64,000 nt of DNA from the NCBI GenBank assembly GCA_947085505.1, contig CAMTWI010000003.1:7319-71318 (forward strand), in the 5' to 3' direction. Both the position numbers and the translations under genes were made by a program. The notes under the pieces are model-generated. The model made no database searches, had not been told where the DNA came from, and saw only the letters and a program-made list of their open reading frames with translations. This DNA comes from an uncultured bacterium. GTDB lineage: Bacteria; Patescibacteriota; Minisyncoccia; Phycocordibacterales; Phycocordibacteraceae. Positions 27,392-36,273 of the stretch are shown in pieces; the first letter of the stretch is position 1, and every line of letters begins with the position of its first letter.

Positions 27392-28921
27392 ATGTCCATA
27401 AAGATAGTCTTGAGTCTTCTTGCCCTTTCAGGTCTCGCCGGTATTGTGCTCGGATATGTATTGCGTCTTTTAATTGCACTTGGCCAGCGTGGCTCGTTGG
27501 AGCTCGAAGTAAAGCAGAAGATGCTTGAAGCCAAGGAGCGCGCGAACCGCGTGCTTGAAGACGCTGAAGATAGAGCTAAGAGGCTCGAGGATGAGCGTAT
27601 GCATCCACTCAAGGAACGTGAGGAGAAACTCGCGAAAGCCGCGGACCGTATTAGTAAGCGTGAAGAGTTCCTCGACGAGCGTGAACGGGTGCTTGCAGCG
27701 GAAGCGGAAGATGTAAAGAATCGTGAGAACGAGGCGGCAAATCTAAAGCGCGAAGGAGAGCGTTTGCGTGATGAGCGTCGACAGGAACTTGCACGTGTCT
27801 CACATCTCTCAGAGAAGGATGCGAAGGCGATGCTTCTTAAAGATCTTGAGGACAGCCACGAGGAGAGTGTACTTGCACGTCTTCAGAAGCTCGAGGCACA
27901 CGGCCGCGAGCAACTTGAAAACAAGGCCCGTTCCATACTTCTCTCTGTTATTCACCGCATGGGTGCGGCTGTGAACAGTGAGGTTATGACCTTGTCCGTG
28001 CAAATCCCTTCTGAGGAAGTTAAGGGTAAGATTATCGGCAAGGAAGGTCGCAACATTAAGGCGTTCGAACGTGCGACCGGTGTCGACGTTATCATCGACG
28101 ACGCTCCGGACAAGATTACGCTCTCCTCATTCGACCCACTGCGTCGTCACACTGCCAAGCTCGCGCTCGAGAACCTCATTGCAGACGGCCGTATCCAACC
28201 CGCCAAGATCGAAGAGGCTGTTGAGAAAGCCAAGGCCGAGATTGCGGAAATGGTGAAGCAGAAAGGAGAAGAAGCAGCGTATGAAGTCGGTGTTATCGGC
28301 CTCGATCCGCGTCTGGTAGCACTCCTCGGCCGCCTCAACTTCCGTACCAGTTATGGACAGAATGTGCTCCAGCACTCAATTGAGATGTCGCACATCGCTG
28401 GCATGCTCGCAGCTGAGCTTGGCGCTGACGTAGACGTCGCAAAGACGGGTGCCCTACTCCATGACATCGGGAAAGCTGTGGATCACGAGCTTGAAGGTAC
28501 GCATGTCGAGATCGGACGTCGTATTCTCGAGAAGTTTGGCGTTGATAAGGCGGTTATTCAGGCGATGCAGTCGCATCACGAGGAGTATCCGTACGAAACA
28601 ACGGAGTCTATGATTGTGCAGGTTGCAGACGCAATCTCTGCAGGCAGGCCTGGAGCACGTCGCGACACCGTGGAGCGATATCTTGAGCGTTTAGGCGACC
28701 TAGAGCGCATTGCACGAGGGTACGAGGGCGTTGAAAAGGTATATGCTATCTCCGCCGGACGTGAGATTCGTATCTTCGTGAACCCTGGAAAAGTTTCGGA
28801 CCTCGCCATGCATCGCATGGCACGCGATATTGCAGAGCGCGTGCAGCAGGAGCTGAAATACCCGGGAGAAATTAAGGTGAATGTGATTCGAGAGAATCGC
28901 GTCGTTGAATTTGCACGCTAA
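27392..28921 (+). CDS. rny: ribonuclease Y
   Basis: Domain order is N-terminal TM, coiled coil, KH (IIGKEGRNIKAFE), then HD (LLHDIGKAVDHE). Start trimmed to MSIKIVLS. Confidence 0.85.
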   Translation: MSIKIVLSLLALSGLAGIVLGYVLRLLIALGQRGSLELEVKQKMLEAKERANRVLEDAEDRAKRLEDERMHPLKEREEKLAKAADRISKREEFLDERERVLAAEAEDVKNRENEAANLKREGERLRDERRQELARVSHLSEKDAKAMLLKDLEDSHEESVLARLQKLEAHGREQLENKARSILLSVIHRMGAAVNSEVMTLSVQIPSEEVKGKIIGKEGRNIKAFERATGVDVIIDDAPDKITLSSFDPLRRHTAKLALENLIADGRIQPAKIEEAVEKAKAEIAEMVKQKGEEAAYEVGVIGLDPRLVALLGRLNFRTSYGQNVLQHSIEMSHIAGMLAAELGADVDVAKTGALLHDIGKAVDHELEGTHVEIGRRILEKFGVDKAVIQAMQSHHEEYPYETTESMIVQVADAISAGRPGARRDTVERYLERLGDLERIARGYEGVEKVYAISAGREIRIFVNPGKVSDLAMHRMARDIAERVQQELKYPGEIKVNVIRENRVVEFAR

Positions 28922-29088
28922 CTCTCATCTGAAAATCCCATTATCTCACTCGAGATAATGGGATTTCACCTTATCCCCTTATAAAATCAAGCCCTATTGC
29001 GTTAAGTGGCTCATTTCCTATACTTCTCAGGTAGCCCTCCCGTAGGGCTTTACCAAAGCCCTACCAGGGAATAACCCTAATTACGATC

Positions 29089-29361
29089 ATGAACAAAGCA
29101 GACATCGCAGCAAAGGTGCAGGAGGTACTCGGCGGCACGAAGGCTGATGCAGAGCGCGCAGTTGAATGTGTTATCTCGAGCATCACTGACGGCCTCAAGG
29201 GAGGCGACGAGGTTTCTATCGCTGGCCTCGGTATCTTCAGCGCGAAGGCTCGCCCAGCACGCACCGGCCGCAATCCACGCACTGGCGAGACCATCAAGAT
29301 CGCAGCTACTCGCACTCCTAAGTTCCGCGCTGCTAAGGCGCTCAAGGACGCGGTTAAGTAG
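29089..29361 (+). CDS. hup: DNA-binding protein HU
   Basis: The HU fold signature GFGxF-like arm RNPRTGETI is present. Length 90 aa. Confidence 0.85.
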   Translation: MNKADIAAKVQEVLGGTKADAERAVECVISSITDGLKGGDEVSIAGLGIFSAKARPARTGRNPRTGETIKIAATRTPKFRAAKALKDAVK

Positions 29362-29377
29362 TTAGATTGTTTGTTAC

Positions 29378-29410
29378 GAAAAGCCCCGCAAAAGCGGGGC
29401 TTTTCTTTAA
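29378..29410 (+). terminator. rho-independent terminator after hup
   Basis: AAAAGCCCCGCAAAAGCGGGGCTTTTCTTT. Confidence 0.7.
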
Positions 29411-29549
29411 TCCTATACTCAGGGCTCTTGCGAGTGTGACTCTGTAGGGAAAGACTCTTCACCACCATATATAAATATCCACTGAGCGCTCTTTAAAGGG
29501 CCTCTAGCGGGTCATACAGACTCATCAATAGATGTGGCAAGGAGGAAGC

Positions 29550-29578
29550 AAGAAAGAGCGCCTTGAGCGCTCTTTCTT
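29550..29578 (-). terminator. hairpin terminator at 3' end of minus-strand tRNA array
   Basis: AGAAAGAGCGC-CTTGA-GCGCTCTTTCT. Confidence 0.5.
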
Positions 29579-29580
29579 CT

Positions 29581-29654
29581 TGGTGCGGGATAGGAGAATC
29601 GGACTCCTGCTCTCAGTTTGGAAAACTGATGTTCTACCATTAAACTAATCCCGC
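29581..29654 (-). tRNA. tRNA-Gly (anticodon UCC), CCA encoded
   Basis: Hand-folded cloverleaf. Acceptor GCGGGAT/ATCCCGC. Anticodon stem TCAGT/ACTGA with loop TTTCCAA. The T-loop TCCGATT is slightly atypical. Confidence 0.6.
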
Positions 29655-29701
29655 TTCGGCTCGAGAATACCATATTCTCTTGCCCTCTGTCTTCATCCTA
29701 G

Positions 29702-29772
29702 TCGGGGTGCGGAGAATCGAACTCCGTCAACTACTTCCCAAAAGTAGCGTACTACCGGTATACGACACCCCG
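29702..29772 (-). tRNA. tRNA-Pro (anticodon UGG), no encoded CCA
   Basis: Acceptor CGGGGTG/CACCCCG. Anticodon stem CTACT/AGTAG with loop TTTGGGA. T-arm CGGAG-TTCGATT-CTCCG. Confidence 0.7.
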
Positions 29773-30087
29773 AGCGACTAACGGGATGCGCGTTGGCACA
29801 TCCCTACAGGAATACCTTCTCACGAATCTCCTGTCTTCGCTATCCTAACAGATTAATATGATTTACGGCAGAGAGCCTTATGCGCTCTCGGAGGGTTCAT
29901 GGCGTCTCTTATTTCTGTGGATATGTGTCGAATATCTTCATGTCTCTCAGCACAGAGGTCCTTAAGAGAGACTTATACAAAACCTAATAAGAATAAGGGT
30001 ATTTTTAGGACCGTGAAGATTTCTTCACATTTGTCCTATGTCCTTTATCCCCAGTGTTAACACCTTTATCCCCTGTTGTCCCAAACA

Positions 30088-30116
30088 CAAAAGACAGCCG
30101 ATTGAGCTGTCTTTTG
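30088..30116 (-). terminator. hairpin terminator downstream of tRNA-Gly(GCC)
   Basis: AAAAGACAGC-CGATTGA-GCTGTCTTTT. Confidence 0.5.
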
Positions 30117-30127
30117 CTTTCTCATGC

Positions 30128-30201
30128 TTGGTGCGGATAGGGAGAATCGAACTCCCGACTCGTCCTTGGCAAGGACGCGTTTTACCACTAAACCATATCC
30201 G
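30128..30201 (-). tRNA. tRNA-Gly (anticodon GCC), CCA encoded
   Basis: Acceptor GCGGATA/TATCCGC. Anticodon stem CGTCC/GGACG with loop TTGCCAA. T-arm GGGAG-TTCGATT-CTCCC. Confidence 0.75.
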
Positions 30202-30247
30202 CTACGAGGGGCATCATAGCACACGGAGTGCCGCACGTTCCAGTATT

Positions 30248-31429
30248 TTAGCAGGCGTACTCGGACGGAACGAACGAGATGTCCTTCAATCTTCCGGCAC
30301 TCGAGACCAGAATCTCGCGTGGCAGTGCGTGCATGTTGAAGTTGCTTGCCATAGAGAATCCATATGCTCCAGCGTTCCGTATGGCGAGTACGTCACCTAG
30401 TTCAGGACGTACCATCAGGCGATCGACAGCGAAGATGTCTCCTGACTCGCACACGTTCCCTGCGACTGTTATAGAAGCTTTGTGTCCTCGAGTCCGAGAA
30501 AGGTTCTCTATAGGATGATATGAACCGTACATGGCATGTCGTATCAACTGGTTGAACCCGGAGTTAGCACCAACGAACTGATGCTCGCTTGTATTCTTTT
30601 GATCAACTACAGACACGAGCAAGGAGCCGCTCTCTGCCACAATGAATCGGCCGGGTTCCATCGCAAACGAGACATCGTGTCCGATAGATTTCCTGAAAGC
30701 GCTGGTAAGAATTTTGAACTCCTTCCCTACCCTCTTTAAATCAAGCTGGGTTTCTCCTGGCGCGTACGGTATACCGAGTCCTCCGCCAAAATCGATGTGT
30801 ATAAGATTCGGAAACTTCTTTGCTGTTTGCAGGAGCACTCGCACCGACCTAAGGAAGACACCAGCATCAAGGATGTTTGATCCTATGTGCTGCTGTATAC
30901 CGGTTACCTTAAGGCCGTATGAGTCTGCAATCCGCAGCGCTTCTGGAATGTCTTCAAGTGTTATGCCGAATTTGCTGTGCGGTCCTCCAGTTATCACGTG
31001 CGCGTGGTGCCCTGCCCCAATGCCCTGATTAAGACGTAGAGACACTTCCCTGCCTAAGGCTCGCCTTCCCCACACTTCGAGCTGCGTAAGAGAATCGAGA
31101 TGTGTGCGGGCGCCAGCTGCTGCTGCTGTCGCTAACTCTGCTTCCGTAAGACTCGCACACGTGAAGCTAGTTTCCTTTGCCTTGAATCCAACGTGCTTCG
31201 CAAGTGCGAGTTCCCCAAGACTAACTGCCTCTACCCCTATTCCCTGCTTGCGAATAATCCCAAGAATCGCAGGATTACTATTCGCCTTCATTGCGTAGTG
31301 CAGTGCGACATTCGGGAAGTGTCGCTTAAGTTTTTGGCACTGCGCTTCTATCACCTGCTGCTCGTAGACGTAAACCGGCGTCCCGTATGTCAGTGCTGCC
31401 TTATTCAGTATCTCTCTTCCCTCTTTCAT
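30248..31429 (-). CDS. lysA: PLP-dependent fold-type III decarboxylase, diaminopimelate decarboxylase-like
   Basis: HYAMKAN PLP-lysine motif, CESGD, and C-terminal NAGAYG..M.S.FN are all present. Substrate specificity (DAP, ornithine/arginine or carboxynorspermidine) cannot be decided by eye. Confidence 0.65.
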   Translation of the reverse strand: MKEGREILNKAALTYGTPVYVYEQQVIEAQCQKLKRHFPNVALHYAMKANSNPAILGIIRKQGIGVEAVSLGELALAKHVGFKAKETSFTCASLTEAELATAAAAGARTHLDSLTQLEVWGRRALGREVSLRLNQGIGAGHHAHVITGGPHSKFGITLEDIPEALRIADSYGLKVTGIQQHIGSNILDAGVFLRSVRVLLQTAKKFPNLIHIDFGGGLGIPYAPGETQLDLKRVGKEFKILTSAFRKSIGHDVSFAMEPGRFIVAESGSLLVSVVDQKNTSEHQFVGANSGFNQLIRHAMYGSYHPIENLSRTRGHKASITVAGNVCESGDIFAVDRLMVRPELGDVLAIRNAGAYGFSMASNFNMHALPREILVSSAGRLKDISFVPSEYAC

Positions 31430-31433
31430 AATG

Positions 31434-31505
31434 TGCTCCCGCCAGGACTCGAACCTGGAACGACTGATCCGAAGTCAGTAATGATATCCATTTCACCACA
31501 GGAGC
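31434..31505 (-). tRNA. tRNA-Arg (anticodon UCG), no encoded CCA
   Basis: Acceptor GCTCCTG/CGGGAGC with one G-U pair. Anticodon stem ACTGA/TCAGT with loop CTTCGGA. T-arm CCAGG-TTCGAGT-CCTGG. Confidence 0.7.
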
Positions 31506-31565
31506 GTCCTAGTGATACTACCTGGAAGCTAGGAGAATGGCCATCAGCGTACTAGTATTTTCCTA

Positions 31566-33029
31566 ATGAAGTTCCCTGTTCCACTTGAGGTGTCCGGCGT
31601 CACTAAAGCCCTTCAGGACGCTGGATACGAAGCATATCTCGTGGGTGGATGCGTCCGTGATCTCCTTCTTAACCGGACCCCTAAGGACTGGGACGTAACC
31701 ACCAACGCAAAGCCTGAGCAGATCCAGGCAGTGTTCCCTGATTCGTTTTACGAGAATGATTTTGGAACCGTAGGCGTGAAGACCGGAAGCGAAGACAGTA
31801 CCCTCGCAATCATTGAGGTTACTCCCTATCGCACCGAAACTGGATACTCTGATAAGCGGCGTCCGGACGCCGTATCGTTTGGGGATAACTTAGAAGAAGA
31901 TCTCGCACGCCGAGACTTCACTATTAACGCTATTGCCCTTGATCCATCTAAAGGACAATTAATAGACCCCTATCAAGGACAAAAGGACATTGAGTCTCAG
32001 GTCTTAAGGACAGTTGGCGTACCTACTGACCGATTTGAGGAGGATGCCCTACGTCTTATGCGCGCAGTTCGACTAGTAGCGGAGCTCGAGTTCGCGCTCG
32101 ATACCGACACCGCTGCTGCTATCAAGGAGAAGGGTCCGAATTTGGCACACATTTCACGTGAAAGAATCCGGGACGAGTTTTTACGTATCCTAAACTCCAG
32201 CCAGCCTATGATGGCGCTTGTACTGGCTCAGCAGCTTGAAATACTTAGCTATATCGCCCCTGATCTGACCCGAGGAGTAGGTGTAGATCAGAACCAGGCA
32301 CATAGCTACGACGTGTTTGGGCACCTTATGCGAGCACTCCAGCACGCAGCTGATAAGGGCTGGAGCCAGGACATACGCCTTGCAGCGGTATTCCATGACG
32401 TATCTAAGCCAGAAACTCGACGCTGGTCCGATGAGAAAAAGGATTGGACCTTTCATGGGCACGAGGTAGTTGGTTCACGTGTAACCCGAAAGGCTCTAGA
32501 GGACCTCAAGTTTTCACGTGAAACTATTGAAAGAGTCACTAAATTGGTGCGCTGGCACATGTTCTTCTCCGATCCAGACCAGATTACCCTTTCGGCTGTT
32601 CGCCGAATGATTAGGAATGTTGGGGAGGAAAATATCTACGATCTTCTTGATCTCCGCATCTGTGATCGCATTGGGACAGGCAGACCTAAAGAGCAGCCGT
32701 TCCGTTTCCGCAGGTATAAAGCCATGGTTGAGGAAGCGCTTCGAGATCCGATATCTGTAGGAATGCTTAAAACAGACGGTTCACGGCTAATGGAGAAGTT
32801 CCACGTGCAACCAGGTCCAAAAATTGGTTTTGTCCTCCATGCGCTCCTTGAGGAGGTCCTCGAAGATCCAAAGAGGAATACTGAGGAGTACTTGGACACC
32901 CGGACTCTCGAGCTCCTGGCGCTACCTGAGGCGGACCTTAAGACGCTAGGCGATTCAGGCAAAAAGAGGAGGGAAGACGAGGAGGAACGAGAAATCAAGG
33001 AAATCCTTGAAAAACACCACGTAGGGTAG
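31566..33029 (+). CDS. cca: CCA-adding tRNA nucleotidyltransferase with C-terminal HD domain
   Basis: N-terminal GGCVRD(LLL) Pol-beta nucleotidyltransferase motif, plus the C-terminal HD domain motif VFHDVSKP. Length 487 aa. Confidence 0.85.
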   Translation: MKFPVPLEVSGVTKALQDAGYEAYLVGGCVRDLLLNRTPKDWDVTTNAKPEQIQAVFPDSFYENDFGTVGVKTGSEDSTLAIIEVTPYRTETGYSDKRRPDAVSFGDNLEEDLARRDFTINAIALDPSKGQLIDPYQGQKDIESQVLRTVGVPTDRFEEDALRLMRAVRLVAELEFALDTDTAAAIKEKGPNLAHISRERIRDEFLRILNSSQPMMALVLAQQLEILSYIAPDLTRGVGVDQNQAHSYDVFGHLMRALQHAADKGWSQDIRLAAVFHDVSKPETRRWSDEKKDWTFHGHEVVGSRVTRKALEDLKFSRETIERVTKLVRWHMFFSDPDQITLSAVRRMIRNVGEENIYDLLDLRICDRIGTGRPKEQPFRFRRYKAMVEEALRDPISVGMLKTDGSRLMEKFHVQPGPKIGFVLHALLEEVLEDPKRNTEEYLDTRTLELLALPEADLKTLGDSGKKRREDEEEREIKEILEKHHVG

Positions 33030-33031
33030 GT

Positions 33032-33047
33032 TTTCACGTGGAACTAG
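33032..33047. repeat. 16-nt motif TTTCACGTGGAACTAG, copy 1
   Basis: An exact duplicate lies at 33248-33263. The related 12-mer palindrome TTTCACGTGAAA occurs at 32152-32163 and 32512-32523 inside cca. TTTCATGTGAAA occurs at 33091-33102. Confidence 0.6.
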
Positions 33048-33060
33048 CTGTTTTAGGCAC

Positions 33061-33085
33061 AAAAGCCCGTACATACGGGCTTTTG
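33061..33085 (+). terminator. rho-independent terminator after cca
   Basis: AAAAGCCCGTACATACGGGCTTTTG. Confidence 0.7.
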
Positions 33086-33247
33086 TGGTGTTTCATGTGA
33101 AATATGGCCATATAGCAGAAGACCGCCGGGAAGGCGGTCTCTTCTGTAATGCGTCCAAGGCGGCGGGGAAGGTTGGGGAAGGGGCTGTTTTTGAGACCCC
33201 GCCAAGAGAGTATGGACATAACAGGACAAACGAACTGATGATGTGCC

Positions 33248-33263
33248 TTTCACGTGGAACTAG
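33248..33263. repeat. 16-nt motif TTTCACGTGGAACTAG, copy 2
   Basis: Exact repeat of 33032-33047, 216 bp downstream. Confidence 0.6.
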
Positions 33264-33509
33264 TTTATGCCGGACCCAGTCGGTATAGAGAGGATACGCC
33301 TCGTCGTTGGACAGCTAACATGCCACACGTTACTTGCACCTGATAGGGCACAAAGAGCTCGCAAAGAACATCGCCACCCTTAGGAGGTGGCGTGTCTCTC
33401 TCGAGCTCTGCCCAACCCCCTCAGGTCTGTATAGATAATACTCTTCTAAAGGACAGAGTAAAGGACAACTATGTGGATAGAGTGGATAACATGTCTTTTA
33501 TGATGTCCT

Positions 33510-34304
33510 TTAGAGCGTAATGGACACAGGGCAGTGGTCGGATCCGTAGATGTCCGCATGAATCTCTGCGTCTTTAACTTTAGAAGAAAGCTTCTTCGAA
33601 GTGAAAATGTAGTCAATACGCCAGCCCACATTGCGGTCGCGCGCCATCCGAAACGGACTCCACCAGGAGTAGTGGCCGTTGCCCTCTGTGAACATTCGGA
33701 ACGTATCAACGAATCCGGCTTCCTGGATTTGATCGATGCCCGCTCGCTCTTCCTTGGTATACCCGTGCCCGCCCTCGTTTGCTTTAGGGTTTGCGAGATC
33801 GTCTGGGGTATGTGCGACGTTCAAATCACCGCAGAAAATAACGGGTTTCTCCTCTTCAAGACGCTTCATATAGGTAAGGAAAGCAGGGTCCCATTTATCG
33901 TGGCGAAGACCAAGTCTGGAGAGGTCTTCCTTGGAGTTTGGGGTATAGACTGAGACAACCCAGAACTGACCCATGTCTGCAGCAATGATCCGACCCTCCT
34001 CGTTAGGGTCTCCGTAATCGTCGCCGGAAAGGCCGTATTCCTTGGCTATATCCTCAGGCATACCAAAGAGCACGTCCTCGGGAACCTGCTTAGTGAATAT
34101 GGCGGTGCCACTGTAGCCCTTTCGATTCTTCGCGGAATGCCAGTATTCCTCGTACTCCATGAGATCAACAGGGGATTGATGCTGCTCTGCTTTTGTCTCT
34201 TGAAGACAAATGATGTCTGGCTTCAATTGTTTTACAAAAGGCTCAAATAGGCCCTTTTTGTGTACGGCACGGATACCGTTTACGTTCCAGGAGACGATTT
34301 TCAT
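33510..34304 (-). CDS. xth: exodeoxyribonuclease III (AP endonuclease)
   Basis: N-terminus MKIVSWNVNGIRA, then ICLQETK. Conserved C-terminal SDHCPV. Confidence 0.9.
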   Translation of the reverse strand: MKIVSWNVNGIRAVHKKGLFEPFVKQLKPDIICLQETKAEQHQSPVDLMEYEEYWHSAKNRKGYSGTAIFTKQVPEDVLFGMPEDIAKEYGLSGDDYGDPNEEGRIIAADMGQFWVVSVYTPNSKEDLSRLGLRHDKWDPAFLTYMKRLEEEKPVIFCGDLNVAHTPDDLANPKANEGGHGYTKEERAGIDQIQEAGFVDTFRMFTEGNGHYSWWSPFRMARDRNVGWRIDYIFTSKKLSSKVKDAEIHADIYGSDHCPVSITL

Positions 34305-34349
34305 GCGGGTATTGTATACCGACCAAAGCTTCGATCCCTAGTCTGCCAA

Positions 34350-35258
34350 CTATGCACGCTTGGAATGAAACTTCTTATGCACCTCTCTCAAATGAGAGTC
34401 CGTTACGTGCGTATAGATCTGGGTCGTATTGATAGACGCATGACCAAGCAAGGCCTGCACAGAACGTATATCTGCGCCGTTTGAGAGGAGATCAGTTGCA
34501 AAAGAGTGCCGCATAACGTGGGGCGTTACTTTCTTCGTAATACCAGCCTTCGTGGCATAGGTCTTTATAAGGAGCTCGATGGAGCGGGGAGTAAGGCGGG
34601 TAGGGATTCTCTTCTTGGTCTCGGACTTTCGCGCGGCACTCACGAACAATGCCGGCTCCATATCTGTACGAGCCTTTAGATAGGCCCTGGTAGCGGCTTT
34701 GGCAGCGTCTGAAAGGAACACCACACGCACCTTGTCGCCCTTTCCGCGAATAGGGAAGTCATCTCTGGAGAGATCGAGATCGGAATCGAGGCTGCAAAGC
34801 TCTGAAACACGCAGTCCCGTAGAGAAGAGCATCTCGAGAATTGCCTTGTCGCGAAGCGCTTTCTCGCTCTCGCCATCCGTTGCCTTAAGTAACCGGTCGA
34901 GCTCAAGAGGGGAGATAAGGTCCAAATGGCGCTCGGGCACCTTCGCAAGCTCTATCTTCTCCGGAGAAAGTGAGGGAATGTCACGCTTCCGGAGGAACTT
35001 GAGGTACGCACGGAGCGCTATGAGGTAGTAATTCTGTGTCCGGCGCTTCATTGAGTCCTTATTCGTGCCTGGCTGGCGGTTAAGCCAGAGCCTGAATTCA
35101 CGCACTTTCTCCTCCGTTATGGCGCCAGTATCCTTAATTTGCGCGTATTCAAAGAATCGAGAGAGATAATGATCATAGTTTTCTATGGTTTTAACCGCTC
35201 TACCGCGCTCAATCTCGAGATATTCAAGGAATTGACGCTTCATCTGTACCGCATCCAT
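34350..35258 (-). CDS. tyrosine site-specific recombinase XerC/XerD family
   Basis: Catalytic tetrad R..HxxR..Y is seen in HVMRHSFAT and LGHASINTTQIYTHV. The N-terminal SAM-like domain is present. Start trimmed to MDAVQM. Confidence 0.8.
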   Translation of the reverse strand: MDAVQMKRQFLEYLEIERGRAVKTIENYDHYLSRFFEYAQIKDTGAITEEKVREFRLWLNRQPGTNKDSMKRRTQNYYLIALRAYLKFLRKRDIPSLSPEKIELAKVPERHLDLISPLELDRLLKATDGESEKALRDKAILEMLFSTGLRVSELCSLDSDLDLSRDDFPIRGKGDKVRVVFLSDAAKAATRAYLKARTDMEPALFVSAARKSETKKRIPTRLTPRSIELLIKTYATKAGITKKVTPHVMRHSFATDLLSNGADIRSVQALLGHASINTTQIYTHVTDSHLREVHKKFHSKRA

Positions 35259-35361
35259 ATAAAAAGAGTAGCATGGAGGTTCGCACAATATTCATGAGCG
35301 TCTAGGCCGCCCCACTAGGAAACACTTGCGTTTTTAATCAAGGTGTGGTAAGGTACAAGTA

Positions 35362-35628
35362 ATGCTAACGAAACGAGTAAAGACCGCGGTTATTAAGGAT
35401 ATTGCACGCCACCCTGAGGATACCGGCTCCGCCGACGTCCAGGTTGCGATCCTAAGCCGCAAAATTGACGAGCTTACGACTCATCTTAAGAAGAACAAGA
35501 AGGATTTCCACTCCCGCCGTGGTCTTCTTCAGATGGTTGCTGACCGTCGTACCCACCTTCGCTATCTTGAGAAAAACGACAAGCGTCGCTATAGCGCAGT
35601 CGTGAAGAAACTCGGTTTGAAGAAGTAG
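35362..35628 (+). CDS. rpsO: 30S ribosomal protein S15
   Basis: S15 signature DTGS.EVQ.A.L and C-terminal RRGLL.MV..RR. Length 88 aa. Confidence 0.9.
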   Translation: MLTKRVKTAVIKDIARHPEDTGSADVQVAILSRKIDELTTHLKKNKKDFHSRRGLLQMVADRRTHLRYLEKNDKRRYSAVVKKLGLKK

Positions 35629-35728
35629 GAAACAGCGGGCACCGACCCGCGTTTCTCGTTCTAAGCAGGTGCTAGAATACACTCAGGCTCCTCTGAGCCT
35701 TATTACACCGTTTTAATACTGAACCGTT

Positions 35729-36241
35729 ATGCCTGTTATCAAGCATCCGGCGCAACGAGTAGGAGTTTTCATCGACACGCAGAACCTCTACCACAGCGCT
35801 AAACATCTTTATAAGTCCCGCGTTAACTTCGCCAAGGTCCTCGAAGAGGCCGTGGGGGACCGCATTCTTGTTCGCGCCATCGCCTACGTTATTTCTACCG
35901 AAGGTGGCGACGAGAGTGCCTTCTTCGATGCCCTCACCAAGATCGGCATTGAGACGAAGGTGAAAGGTCTCCAGATCTTCTCAGACGGCGCAAAGAAAGC
36001 CGACTGGGATGTGGGCCTCGCCATAGACGCCGTTAAACTAGCTCCCAAGCTCGACACTGTTATTATCGCGAGCGGGGACGGGGATTTCGTGCCTCTTATT
36101 GAGTACTTGGATATGAACCAAGGCTGCCAAGTGGAAGTTATCTCCTTCGGGAAGTCTTCCTCGCAGAAACTCAAGGAAGCTGCACACGCGTTTACTGACA
36201 TGTGTGAGGACCCCAAGAAGTTCATCATCGGGCACCGATAG
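35729..36241 (+). CDS. NYN/LabA-like (PIN-fold) domain protein
   Basis: N-terminal RVGVFIDTQNL, then later IIASGDGDFVPL, matching the acidic-residue pattern of NYN domains. Confidence 0.6.
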   Translation: MPVIKHPAQRVGVFIDTQNLYHSAKHLYKSRVNFAKVLEEAVGDRILVRAIAYVISTEGGDESAFFDALTKIGIETKVKGLQIFSDGAKKADWDVGLAIDAVKLAPKLDTVIIASGDGDFVPLIEYLDMNQGCQVEVISFGKSSSQKLKEAAHAFTDMCEDPKKFIIGHR

Positions 36242-36273
36242 AGATGTGATTCAGATGAAAAGACCGCGACATA

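Noticed and set aside
29400-31510. Possible genomic island integrated at the tRNA cluster
   Set aside because: Only a single metabolic gene (lysA-like) lies between the tRNAs. There is no integrase, no duplicated tRNA 3' half, and no compositional shift by eye.
33085-33288. 67-aa plus-strand ORF in the cca/xth spacer
   Set aside because: It has no plausible start context and its composition looks non-coding. The region is better explained as a structured non-coding or regulatory spacer (see the motif finding).
34350-35288. XerC/XerD-like recombinase as a possible mobile-element integrase
   Set aside because: It sits in a housekeeping context, between xth and rpsO. No flanking direct repeats, cargo genes or tRNA target were seen, so it is treated as the chromosome dimer-resolution Xer.
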